From a virus (taxonomy: Duplodnaviria > Caudoviricetes), in the IMG/VR virus record IMGVR_UViG_3300030116_002376, positions 1 through 39,530 of that record: a stretch of DNA of 39,530 nucleotides; one strand, given 5' to 3'. Position 1 is the first letter of the stretch. Every line of letters begins with the position of its first letter. Below the pieces are notes generated by a model that had not been told where the DNA came from, ran no database searches, and worked only from the letters and a program-made list of their open reading frames with translations. Of the stretch, positions 19,160 to 28,229 are shown in pieces. A program made the position numbers and the translations under genes.

Positions 19160-21099
19160 TGCCAAGAATAGCTACAAGAGGGGATGTATCTAATCCAAAA
19201 AGAAAAGGATACGATTTTCGTATTGATGACTTTTTGTTTAGAGCTGCAGTAGGACCTAACAGACAGATGACAATAGAGTCATCAGATGTTAGAGGTCAAG
19301 AAATAGATGTTAGACAAAATGCAGAAGACTTTTCTAAAAATATAGGTCGTATATATTCACGTAATGATTTTTCAGGTGGAAGTAATTTAGATATTGCACA
19401 TAGAAGAAATGGTGGTGCAACAGATATACAAAGATTTTGGGATAGTAAAGGAGTAGAAGTATTTGGTAAAGATAGAGGAACAACTTATGATGTGCAATTA
19501 CTTCACACTACACAACAATCAACAGGTGCTTCTTTTTCGTCAACAGATGATGACAATGCTTTAGCTATTGTTGGCACTACAATTTATGTATCTGATGATG
19601 CAACATTAAAATTTTCTACAGACGGAGGAGAAAACTTTAACCCAGTAACAACAGGTTTAACTGCCGGTTATCATATAAAAGGATTAGCTGCACATGGAGA
19701 TTTGTTATACATTACTGCAAACAATGGTTCTGCAGGAGAAATAGAAACATGGGATGGTACTACCTCAACACAAAAATTATCAGCAGCAGTTTATGACAAA
19801 ATATTTTCAGTTAAAGGTAAATTTTTAGTAACAATAGGAAATGCAATACATCAATATGATGGAGCTACAACAGTAGGTTCTGCAATAGTTACACTACCTT
19901 CCGGTCAAACATTTACAGATGTTGCAGATGTTGGTGCAGTTATTTTAGCTACAGCAACAGACGGAAGAATATATGCTATTAAAGATGTAACTGGGACCTT
20001 TACTGCTAATGGTCAAACAGAATTATCGTCCAATGAAATTCCTACTTGTGTTGCTGAAGTACAAGGAGAGATTTTTTATGGAACAAAAGAAATACAAACA
20101 TCTGCAGCAAAAGTTATAGGAAGACTGTACAGAGCAAGACTTACTACTGCAGATAATTTATATATATTGTCTAATCAGCAATTAATTAAAGAATGGAACA
20201 TAGATTCAGTAACAGCACAACCTATGTTTTTATTTTCAACCAGGGATTCTGTCTATACAGGTATTAAGGAATCATCTACAGAAACATTTTTGTGGAGATA
20301 TTATTTACCTACTGCAGGTATAGCTAGAGACCTTGAGTTTGAAGCAGGTGGATTAGTAAAAGGAATAAATAAATTAGACGAAAAACTTATAGGAATAGTA
20401 GGTGGTAGTGGTTTTTATAAAGAAACAGATAACTTTTTACCTGAAGGATATTTAATTACAGCAGCAGCAGACTTTTTTACAGCAGAAAAGAAACAATTTG
20501 TAGAAGCACAAATAGAAACAAGCAATATAGATTCAGGTACATCTGCTGAATTACACATATCAGATAATTTAGAAAGTATAAACAATAGTGATGATGCTAA
20601 CTGGGACTTAGTGCTAAATGTTATTTCAGGAGAAGGAACAGTAACAGCACAAACCAATAAAGTTTCAAGGTACATTTCTATGAAACTTGTTATAAAATCT
20701 GCAGTACCAAATGTAACACCAAAAGTACAATCAATACTTACAAGAGCATTAGCAAGACCTGAACTTGTAGTTGTACAAATACCTGTAAACCTAAGTGATA
20801 GAGTTGAAAGACCTTTTAGAAAACCTATAACAGTTAAAAATTTAGGAGAAACTATATATCAATCTTTAAAAGATAAAGAGGGAAGTTCTGTAACTTTAGA
20901 ATTGTTTGACCCTGCTGAAGTAATTAGAGGAGTTGTAGAGTCTATACAATATCCTATAACAGGTGGATTACCTGACTGGGGCAGTGTAACTCAATATGCA
21001 ATTATTACAGTAAGAGGGACAAGGCAAGAGATTTATGGTACTGTTACATCAGGCGATATATATGCCGTAAATAGTTTTGCAAAGATAAGATTTGGATAG
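19159..21099 (+). CDS. Tail nozzle / tubular B-like beta-propeller protein
   Basis: 646 aa with repeated short beta strands, BNR-like STDGGENF, DFSGG near the N-terminus, position before the fibre gene. Confidence 0.65.
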   Translation: MPRIATRGDVSNPKRKGYDFRIDDFLFRAAVGPNRQMTIESSDVRGQEIDVRQNAEDFSKNIGRIYSRNDFSGGSNLDIAHRRNGGATDIQRFWDSKGVEVFGKDRGTTYDVQLLHTTQQSTGASFSSTDDDNALAIVGTTIYVSDDATLKFSTDGGENFNPVTTGLTAGYHIKGLAAHGDLLYITANNGSAGEIETWDGTTSTQKLSAAVYDKIFSVKGKFLVTIGNAIHQYDGATTVGSAIVTLPSGQTFTDVADVGAVILATATDGRIYAIKDVTGTFTANGQTELSSNEIPTCVAEVQGEIFYGTKEIQTSAAKVIGRLYRARLTTADNLYILSNQQLIKEWNIDSVTAQPMFLFSTRDSVYTGIKESSTETFLWRYYLPTAGIARDLEFEAGGLVKGINKLDEKLIGIVGGSGFYKETDNFLPEGYLITAAADFFTAEKKQFVEAQIETSNIDSGTSAELHISDNLESINNSDDANWDLVLNVISGEGTVTAQTNKVSRYISMKLVIKSAVPNVTPKVQSILTRALARPELVVVQIPVNLSDRVERPFRKPITVKNLGETIYQSLKDKEGSSVTLELFDPAEVIRGVVESIQYPITGGLPDWGSVTQYAIITVRGTRQEIYGTVTSGDIYAVNSFAKIRFG

Positions 21100-21130
21100 T
21101 AAAAAAAACTATATGTTAAAAAATATTGTG

Positions 21131-21136
21131 TATAAT
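21131..21136 (+). promoter_or_regulatory. -10 element TATAAT, 8 nt before the tail fibre ATG
   Basis: Consensus hexamer in an AT-rich intergenic gap. Confidence 0.5.
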
Positions 21137-21144
21137 GGAGAAGA

Positions 21145-23322
21145 ATGACAGCAAGAGAAACTAATTTAGTAAACGCTTTTGAGACTACCCTAGCAGCTCA
21201 GTTAGCTAGTGGTGGTACATCAATGAACCTAACAGATGACCCAGGTATTGACGCACCTGTTTATTTTGTAATAGACCCGGACAATGACAGCAACAGAGAA
21301 GTTGTATTGTGGTCATCAGGAACAAACCATGCAGCAGCAACCATTACAAGAGACATAGATGGCAAGCACGGAACAGACCCAACACATGCAGCAGGAACAC
21401 AAGTTAGATTAGCTGTTGTAAAACAACACATAGAAGAAGCACACGATGCTATACAGCAAGGTTTTGTATTAGAAGATGGAGACGGAACAGAAGTAACAAT
21501 AGCTCCTTCCGTAGCTTCAGGTGTATATACACAAAGAGAAGTTAAATTTATTGATTCAGGTGGTCTTGATATTAACTGGACAGATACTGACGCAGGTACT
21601 GACGGAGACCCTTATGATTTAACATTCACATTAGATTTAAATGGATTAACTGCAGGTACGGTAGACATAGCTGCAGATAGTATTGCAATAATAGATGCTG
21701 ATGATTCTAATTTAACAAAGAAAGAGTCATTAGCTGATGTTATAGCAGCTATAGATGGAACAGGTTTGACAGCTAGTTCCGGTGTATTGTCTGTTGACGC
21801 TTCACAAGCTATTACAGCTTTGACAGGAGGAGACCTTACAATATACGATGATACAAATAATGCTGATGTATCTTTAAAGATGGGTACTTCTGCAACAGAA
21901 GCATTAAGCATTGAAGTATTAAATGGAAGTAGCAATAAGACTGCTGAAGAAATTAAAATATCTACATCTACAGCATCAGGCACAGCTAACCACGGTAAAA
22001 TATCAATTTATATTGACGACACAGAAATACTAGATATTGACGATGGTGGTATTGATATGGCATCAGGTAAGACTGTAGCTATAGACGGAACAGACATAGT
22101 AGCACATACAGCAGGTGCATTAATAGATTTTGATGGAACAGACATTGATGTAGATTTATCAGAAGCAGCAGAAGCAGCTATTGCTGATGGCGATTACGTA
22201 TTATTTTTAGATGGTGGTGCTACAGGTACTGCTGCTAAAGAAGCTATTGCAGATGTTGCAACATTGTTTGCAGGAACAGGACTTACAGCTTCAAGCTCAG
22301 TCATATCTGTAGATGCTTCCCAGGCTATAACAGCTTTAACTGGAGGAGATTTAACTATCTATGATGATACTAACAATGCTGATGTTTCACTTAAAATGGG
22401 AACATCTGCTACTGAAGCATTATCTATAGAAGTATTAAACGGTTCTTCTAACAAAACAGCAGAAGAAATTAAAATTTCTACATCAACTGCTTCAGGTACA
22501 GCTAATCATGGAAAAATTTCTATATACATTGATGACACAGAGATTTTAGACATTGATGATGGAGGTATAGACCTTGCATCAGGAATGACTTTTGCAATTG
22601 ACGGAACTAATTTACCTACTGTAGGTGGAGATAGTTTAAATTCTGTAGCAGCAGGAGCAGTAAATCAAGCAGCAGACAGTATTGTATTTATAGATGCTGA
22701 TGATAGCAATGCAACAAAGAAAGAAAGTATTGCAGATTTTGTTGAAGCTATAAACGGTTCAGGTATAGATGCGTCATCAGGAACATTAGTTAACGCAGCA
22801 ATAGGTAAACAATCTATGTGGATTCCTGCAGCAGCTATGTATCCTACAGCATCAAATGGTTGTGCAGCTATTGCAGCAGCAGAAACAACAGCAGGAAGAC
22901 CTGATATGTACACTTTAGATTTCGATGCTTCATCAGATGAAAACGCACAGTTCTCAGTAGCAATGCCTTCATATTGGAATGAAGGAACAGTAACTTTCCA
23001 AGTTTATTGGACAACAGCAGCAACAGATACAGACGGTGTTGCTTGGGCATTATCAGGAGTAGCTTGTTCTGACAATGACACTATAGATGTGGCATTTGGA
23101 ACAGCAGTTGTTGTAACAGATGATGCACTAGGTGCAGCAGAAGATTTATGCGTAACTGCAGAGTCAGGTGCAGTAACATTAGCAGGAAGCCCTGCAGCAG
23201 GAGACTTAGCTTACTTTAATATTTTAAGGGATGTCTCAGACAGTAATGATGACATGGCAGAAGACGCAAGACTTATAGGGATTAAATTATTCTACACAGT
23301 AGATGACGTACACGAGGCTTAA
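21145..23322 (+). CDS. Tail fibre protein with internal repeats (725 aa)
   Basis: Asp/Thr/Ala/Gly-rich. Three copies of a D....D......KE..AD......G.G..ASS shaft motif, an 89-aa duplicated domain and a C-terminal beta-sandwich-like tip. Confidence 0.85.
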   Translation: MTARETNLVNAFETTLAAQLASGGTSMNLTDDPGIDAPVYFVIDPDNDSNREVVLWSSGTNHAAATITRDIDGKHGTDPTHAAGTQVRLAVVKQHIEEAHDAIQQGFVLEDGDGTEVTIAPSVASGVYTQREVKFIDSGGLDINWTDTDAGTDGDPYDLTFTLDLNGLTAGTVDIAADSIAIIDADDSNLTKKESLADVIAAIDGTGLTASSGVLSVDASQAITALTGGDLTIYDDTNNADVSLKMGTSATEALSIEVLNGSSNKTAEEIKISTSTASGTANHGKISIYIDDTEILDIDDGGIDMASGKTVAIDGTDIVAHTAGALIDFDGTDIDVDLSEAAEAAIADGDYVLFLDGGATGTAAKEAIADVATLFAGTGLTASSSVISVDASQAITALTGGDLTIYDDTNNADVSLKMGTSATEALSIEVLNGSSNKTAEEIKISTSTASGTANHGKISIYIDDTEILDIDDGGIDLASGMTFAIDGTNLPTVGGDSLNSVAAGAVNQAADSIVFIDADDSNATKKESIADFVEAINGSGIDASSGTLVNAAIGKQSMWIPAAAMYPTASNGCAAIAAAETTAGRPDMYTLDFDASSDENAQFSVAMPSYWNEGTVTFQVYWTTAATDTDGVAWALSGVACSDNDTIDVAFGTAVVVTDDALGAAEDLCVTAESGAVTLAGSPAAGDLAYFNILRDVSDSNDDMAEDARLIGIKLFYTVDDVHEA
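21790..22572 (+). repeat. Protein-identical, codon-divergent direct repeat (21790-22056 and 22306-22572)
   Basis: 89 of 89 aa identical. About 53 of 89 codons differ by manual alignment. Confidence 0.93.
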
Positions 23323-23325
23323 TAA

Positions 23326-24168
23326 ATGGTAGGACCAAGCTCATTCGGTTATCAAGTCTCAGGATTCGGTGGAGGTTCAGCTCCAAAACCTGATTTAGTA
23401 GTTTCATATTTAGTTGTAGCAGGTGGTGCCGGTGGTGCTACAGGTAATGACGCAGGTGGTGGAGGTGGAGCAGGTGGTTATCGTACATTTGCTGACCAAA
23501 CACTCACTCCAGGCACAGCTTACGCAGTTGTAGTAGGTGCAGGTGGCAGCAGTGGTAGTGGAAATGGTAACAACTCAACTTTTCATAATAATTCATCATC
23601 TTATGGTGGTGCAGGTCGTGCCAATGCTAACGGTAACAATGGTGGTTCAGGTGGTGGACCAGGTTGGCAAGGACAAACAGGTGGCTCAGGAAACGTTGGT
23701 GGATATTCTCCATCCGAAGGTAATAATGGTGGAAACCTTTACTTTGCAGGTGGTGGTGGAGGAGGTGCCAGTGGTGCCGGTGGTTTTGGAGGAACTGGTG
23801 GAGGAAACGGTGGTGCCGGTTCTCAATGGTTAGACTCTAACTACTACGCAGGTGGTGGTGGTGGAGGTGGCGACCATAACAGAAATGGTGGAGCTCAATC
23901 ATCAGGTGGACAAGGTGGTGGAGGAAACGGACAAGGTGGTGGTCAAGGTTCAGCAGGTGCAGCTAACACCGGTGGTGGTGGTGGTGGCTCAAGAAGTCAC
24001 AACAGCAAAGCCAGTTTCAGTGGTGGTTCAGGAGTTATAGGTTTAAAATATCCAAAAGAATATGTGTTAACAGCAGGTGCAGGAGTTACTATAAGTTCTG
24101 AAACTGTAGATGGAGATAGTAAATACGCTTACTGCACAGCAGGCAGTGGAAACGTTAGTTGGAGTTAA
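23326..24168 (+). CDS. Glycine-rich fibre / receptor-binding-type protein
   Basis: YLVVAGGAGG...GGGGGAGG, YYAGGGGGG, ANTGGGGGG and GGSGVI motifs of the phage Gly-rich domain family. Confidence 0.85.
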   Translation: MVGPSSFGYQVSGFGGGSAPKPDLVVSYLVVAGGAGGATGNDAGGGGGAGGYRTFADQTLTPGTAYAVVVGAGGSSGSGNGNNSTFHNNSSSYGGAGRANANGNNGGSGGGPGWQGQTGGSGNVGGYSPSEGNNGGNLYFAGGGGGGASGAGGFGGTGGGNGGAGSQWLDSNYYAGGGGGGGDHNRNGGAQSSGGQGGGGNGQGGGQGSAGAANTGGGGGGSRSHNSKASFSGGSGVIGLKYPKEYVLTAGAGVTISSETVDGDSKYAYCTAGSGNVSWS

Positions 24169-24172
24169 TTAA

Positions 24173-24589
24173 ATGGCTCATTACGCTTTATTAGATGGAG
24201 ACTCAATAGTCACACAAGTTATTACTGGTATTGATGAAGACGATACAAGCACTTTACCTTCTGAATTTTCATCATGGGAAGAATTTTATGGAGACCAACA
24301 TGGTAAAACATGTAAAAGAACTTCATATAATACCGTAGGAGGAAGTCATCTTCTTAGTGGAACACCTTTTAGAGGAAACTATGCAGGTATAGGTATGAAG
24401 TATGATGCAAGTAATGACGTATTTTATGAACAACAACCTTATGCTAGTTGGACTTTAAATACATCAACATGGGAATGGGAAGCTCCAGTTGCATATCCAA
24501 CATTAACAGAGGAAGAACATACAGGAGACGAAGTAGTTAGTTATGAATGGGACGAAAGCGTAACTAATTGGGTTAGAAGAACTCCTTAA
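24173..24589 (+). CDS. Conserved partner of Gly-rich fibre proteins (possible assembly chaperone)
   Basis: MAHYA...TSYN...FRGNYAGIG..YD...DVF...QPYASW.L....WEAPV.YP...Y.WDE pattern, commonly found next to Gly-rich genes in aquatic phages. Confidence 0.7.
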   Translation: MAHYALLDGDSIVTQVITGIDEDDTSTLPSEFSSWEEFYGDQHGKTCKRTSYNTVGGSHLLSGTPFRGNYAGIGMKYDASNDVFYEQQPYASWTLNTSTWEWEAPVAYPTLTEEEHTGDEVVSYEWDESVTNWVRRTP

Positions 24590-24608
24590 ATATATAATAG
24601 GTGGAGCT

Positions 24609-25301
24609 ATGACAACAAACATATATTGGTTTCTTATACAAAAAGAAGATTTGCCCCCTGCAATGTTGTACGAAGATGTACAATTTAAAAAAACAATAGT
24701 GCCTATATGTCCACAAACTGTTGCTTTAGACAAAAGAACATTAGTTATTAATATGCCATTTAACTTAACATTACAAAGAAAAGAAGATGGTAGTTATTAT
24801 GCAGAAAGCACAGAAGTAGTAGGTCAATCTTTATGGGAAGATAGACCTGTATTAGCAATAGATACTGAAACTAAACTAAAAGGTTATGAAGAATACCCTA
24901 TACTGCATATTAAAATACCATATATATTTCTTACTGAAAATAAAAATATAACTTATTATTTACAAGGTCCTAAATCTAACACTAAACATAGTTTAAAAAA
25001 TGTTATATTTGCAGAAGGTATGTTAAGTCCTGGACAATATGCAAGAGCAGTAGACGTAGCTATGATTATTCCTAATAACGAAAAGGTAACATTTGTTAAA
25101 GGAGAACCACTTGTTTATTTATATTTCAGTGATGATATTAATTTAAAAGAAATAATACCTAATCAACCAATATTAAATTACATGACATCCATATACGGTG
25201 TTACTAATTATGTAAGAGGAGTTAGAAAAATATTTAAAAAAGCAAGCAGAAAATACCCTTACAAAGAATTAAAAAATTGTGAGATTGTAAATGCCGACTA
25301 G
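24609..25301 (+). CDS. DUF6065/dUTPase-fold-like protein, paralog 1
   Basis: N-terminal CP and C-terminal FVKGEPLVYL, shared with the ORFs at 26426 and 27171. TATAAT at 24593. Confidence 0.5.
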   Translation: MTTNIYWFLIQKEDLPPAMLYEDVQFKKTIVPICPQTVALDKRTLVINMPFNLTLQRKEDGSYYAESTEVVGQSLWEDRPVLAIDTETKLKGYEEYPILHIKIPYIFLTENKNITYYLQGPKSNTKHSLKNVIFAEGMLSPGQYARAVDVAMIIPNNEKVTFVKGEPLVYLYFSDDINLKEIIPNQPILNYMTSIYGVTNYVRGVRKIFKKASRKYPYKELKNCEIVNAD

Positions 25302-26433
25302 ATTAGCAGTTATTGGCAAAGGAACAGCAGGTGCTATGGCTTATAATCATTTTGCAAATTATACAAATTATGAAATAGATTGTTACTTTGACAGTACAAA
25401 AAAAGAACAAAGTGTAGGAGAAGGAACAACAATAAGTTTACCTAGAACACTACATCATACTATAGGTTTTGAATACTATATGTTACCTGAAGTAGATGGG
25501 CATTATAAAAATGGTATTGAATATATTGACTGGACTAATAAAAATTTTATGCACACATTTCCTGCTCCTGACATATCTATGCACTTTAACGCAGTTAAAT
25601 TACAAGAATATTTAAAAGATAAAAATAAAAATAGAGTAACTTTTAAAGATGTAAATGTAGAAAATATATATGATATAAATGCAGATTACATAATAGATTG
25701 TTCAGGCACTCCAAGTAATTATGCTGAACATAGTGTTGCAAAATATATACCAGTAAACGCAGTTTACGTTAGACAATGTATGTGGGATTTCCCAAGATAT
25801 GATTATACATTATGTATTGCTAGACCTTACGGATGGATATTTGGGATACCATTAAGAAATAGAATTTCTTTTGGGTATTTGTATAACAATAAAATAAATA
25901 AATTAAAAGATGTTGAAGAAGATTTGTTAAATGTAATTGAATCATACAAGTTAAAAGATAATTTAACAGAAGTGCAAGGCAAAGCACAGTTTAAAAATTA
26001 CTATAGAAAAGAAAATTTTTATGAAAGAATTACGTACAACGGTAATGCTTCGTTTTTCTTAGAGCCTATGGAAGCTACCAGTTTAACTACAGTAGACAAC
26101 ATTAACAGAAAAGTATTTGATATATTAGAAAATAATGCAGATTACAACACACAAAATATATGGTATAAAGAAAAATTTAAAGAACTTCAAGATATTATTG
26201 TGATGCACTACTTAGGTGCAACTAAATATGACACAGAGTTTTGGGACTATGCAAAAGAATTAGCACAAGATTGTTTAAGCAATACATCATACAGATTTAA
26301 AGATATACTTAAAAATGTACACGATAATAATTACGAATTAGATGATGATTATGGTGTATGGGGAATGCACAGTTTTAAACAAAACATATATTCTATGAAT
26401 ATATTAAAAGCATTGGAGGATTTAAATGTTTAA
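25291..26433 (+). CDS. Flavin-dependent (tryptophan halogenase-like) enzyme
   Basis: VIGKGTAG FAD motif, VGEGT, YKNGI (catalytic Lys position), IDCSG, GWIFGIPL (WxWxIP variant), FLEPMEAT. Confidence 0.88.
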   Translation: MPTRLAVIGKGTAGAMAYNHFANYTNYEIDCYFDSTKKEQSVGEGTTISLPRTLHHTIGFEYYMLPEVDGHYKNGIEYIDWTNKNFMHTFPAPDISMHFNAVKLQEYLKDKNKNRVTFKDVNVENIYDINADYIIDCSGTPSNYAEHSVAKYIPVNAVYVRQCMWDFPRYDYTLCIARPYGWIFGIPLRNRISFGYLYNNKINKLKDVEEDLLNVIESYKLKDNLTEVQGKAQFKNYYRKENFYERITYNGNASFFLEPMEATSLTTVDNINRKVFDILENNADYNTQNIWYKEKFKELQDIIVMHYLGATKYDTEFWDYAKELAQDCLSNTSYRFKDILKNVHDNNYELDDDYGVWGMHSFKQNIYSMNILKALEDLNV

Positions 26434-27178
26434 AAAAGAAAATCCATTGGTAGAATTTAGCACACCATTCAAAGGGTTAGAAAAAATACCTAGTTGTAGA
26501 CCACAACCTGCTAAAAATTTTATACCAAAATGGTTTGAAAACTTAAGTCCTACTATAGATGTCATACCTGATACTAGAAAAAATATACTTAGAGAATTAG
26601 ATACAGTAGAAGATAGCGTAGGTAGATTAAAACCTAAAATGAAAACCGTAAAAACTTGTCCTAGTTTTGCTATGTTATTTCATAGTGGATGGGTAATACC
26701 TGCACATACAGATATGTATTTAAGGTGGGATGCACAGGGAGGTTATGCTTGGGAAACACCTTATGAAAAATATGAAATACAAATACACGATGATGAACAA
26801 ATGGTAAATCATTTACCTCCTGCTGCTAATGCGTCAAAAGTATTTAAAATAATAAGTCCTTGGTTTGTAAAGACTGCACCTGGATATAGTATGTATCAAT
26901 TGCCTATGTTTTATCACTATAATCCTGATTGGTATATTCCTTTTGGTGTATTAGAAACAGATAAACACCCTGTGCTTAACCATCAAGTAATAATGACCAC
27001 TGATAAATATGAAGTAGTTATTAAACAAGGAGAACCATTAGCACATTATTTACCTTTTAAACGTGAAGAGTACGATATGAATATAGTTCCCTGGACTAAT
27101 AAATGGGATGACCTTGTAGAAGAAAATGTAGTAAAAATACATGGTAAGTTTCGTGGAGGTTATTACAAAAATGTCTAA
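26426..27178 (+). CDS. DUF6065/dUTPase-fold-like protein, paralog 2
   Basis: PQPAKNFIPKWF, TVKTCP, G.VIP...D, KIISPW..KT.PGYS, GVLETD, IKQGEPLAHYLPFKRE. Confidence 0.6.
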   Translation: MFKKENPLVEFSTPFKGLEKIPSCRPQPAKNFIPKWFENLSPTIDVIPDTRKNILRELDTVEDSVGRLKPKMKTVKTCPSFAMLFHSGWVIPAHTDMYLRWDAQGGYAWETPYEKYEIQIHDDEQMVNHLPPAANASKVFKIISPWFVKTAPGYSMYQLPMFYHYNPDWYIPFGVLETDKHPVLNHQVIMTTDKYEVVIKQGEPLAHYLPFKREEYDMNIVPWTNKWDDLVEENVVKIHGKFRGGYYKNV

Positions 27179-27905
27179 TTCTATAAAAGTATTTCCAAGA
27201 ATTAAAGAGTATGAACCATTAGTGGAGTTGTACCCACCACAACCTGCCAATAAATTTTTACCTGATTGGTATAAAACACAAACTAAATTACAACGTGAAG
27301 ACTCGGATACTTTGTTTGCTTCTAGTTGCCCTGCTATAAAAGATTACATGTTAGACGGAATAGTCTTTCCGTTGTGGTCTGATGTTGAAATAACTATAGA
27401 ACATAAAGAACAAGTAACTTGGAATGTAAGAGTAGGAGATAGTTTAGCAATGCCTAAAGGACATCATTGGGTGCAAACACACCATAACTCACAGACAATA
27501 GGTATGAAATTAAATTCTTTAGAAAGTTTAGGAGCATTAAAATTTATACCTCCTTATTACATTAAGACAGAAGATAACATTGGATTAGAATTTATAGATA
27601 CGTTTTATCATTTCAGAAAAGATATAAGACTTTTACCTGGACAAGTGGAAACAGATATATGGAATGAAGTAAACTTTCCTTTTGAATTTTATAAAGATGT
27701 AGATGATTTAATAGGAACAACTATAAAAATAAAAGCAGGGACTCCTCTAATATTAGCTAAACCTTATGACATAAAAAGACACAAGTACGAAGTTGACGTA
27801 CTTGAATACGATGATAAAGCCACTAAAGACTTTATAAAAAATGATGTATTAAATGCAGCTAGTTCTTATGATTGGACTACTTATAGGAAACGCTTTAGAA
27901 AATAA
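27171..27905 (+). CDS. DUF6065/dUTPase-fold-like protein, paralog 3 (start re-assigned to ATG 27171)
   Basis: PQPANKFLPDWY, SCPA, G.VFPLWSD, GQVETD, IKAGTPL. GGAGG lies upstream of 27171 and the ATG overlaps the previous gene end. Confidence 0.6.
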   Translation: MSNSIKVFPRIKEYEPLVELYPPQPANKFLPDWYKTQTKLQREDSDTLFASSCPAIKDYMLDGIVFPLWSDVEITIEHKEQVTWNVRVGDSLAMPKGHHWVQTHHNSQTIGMKLNSLESLGALKFIPPYYIKTEDNIGLEFIDTFYHFRKDIRLLPGQVETDIWNEVNFPFEFYKDVDDLIGTTIKIKAGTPLILAKPYDIKRHKYEVDVLEYDDKATKDFIKNDVLNAASSYDWTTYRKRFRK

Positions 27906-27912
27906 TATTATA

Positions 27913-27921
27913 TGATATAAT
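27913..27921 (+). promoter_or_regulatory. Extended -10 promoter TGATATAAT, probably leaderless
   Basis: Perfect consensus 8 nt before ATG 27930, which lacks an SD. Confidence 0.65.
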
Positions 27922-27929
27922 CCTACATC

Positions 27930-28061
27930 ATGGATTTTTTAACAGGTTTTATTATAGGGTATCTTATAAAAGAAATAGGATTATATCTTAAAAGATTAGC
28001 TAATTATAAGCCACATCCAAAAGAAGATTGGGATTGGATTTCACACGAGGATTTACCGTAA
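27930..28061 (+). CDS. 43-aa membrane peptide MDFLTGFIIGYLIKEIGLYLKRLANYKPHPKEDWDWISHEDLP (not in ORF track)
   Basis: Follows the promoter, hydrophobic N-terminus, stop abuts the next ATG. Confidence 0.65.
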   Translation: MDFLTGFIIGYLIKEIGLYLKRLANYKPHPKEDWDWISHEDLP

Positions 28062-28229
28062 ATGACCAACAACAATGGCTACACACAGAAGGAATTACTC
28101 AATATGGTCATTGAAAGACTTGATAGATTGGAAGAAAAACTAGATGCAAAACTAGATAAAGCAGAGTTTTACAAAGTATTAACGCTACTTGTAGCATTAG
28201 GTGGAGTTGTTGCAGCGATTGTAATGTAA
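28062..28229 (+). CDS. 55-aa coiled-coil protein with C-terminal TM helix (not in ORF track)
   Basis: MTNNNGYTQKELLNMVIERLDRLEEKLDAKLDKAEFYKVLTLLVALGGVVAAIVM. GAGG SD, TAATG coupling to 28229. Confidence 0.75.
   Translation: MTNNNGYTQKELLNMVIERLDRLEEKLDAKLDKAEFYKVLTLLVALGGVVAAIVM

Noticed and set aside
21790-22572. Fibre repeat as a diversity-generating retroelement TR/VR pair
   Set aside because: Differences are synonymous and not adenine-specific, both copies are in frame in one gene, and no reverse transcriptase is in the window.
23537-24040. Val-rich alternative-frame ORFs 23537-23833 and 23852-24040
   Set aside because: Shadow frames of GGT-rich glycine codons, with no SD or independent signal.
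27141-27170. ORF-track start at 27141
   Set aside because: It overlaps the previous gene by 38 nt. ATG 27171 has a GGAGG upstream and aligns better with the N-terminus of its paralog.
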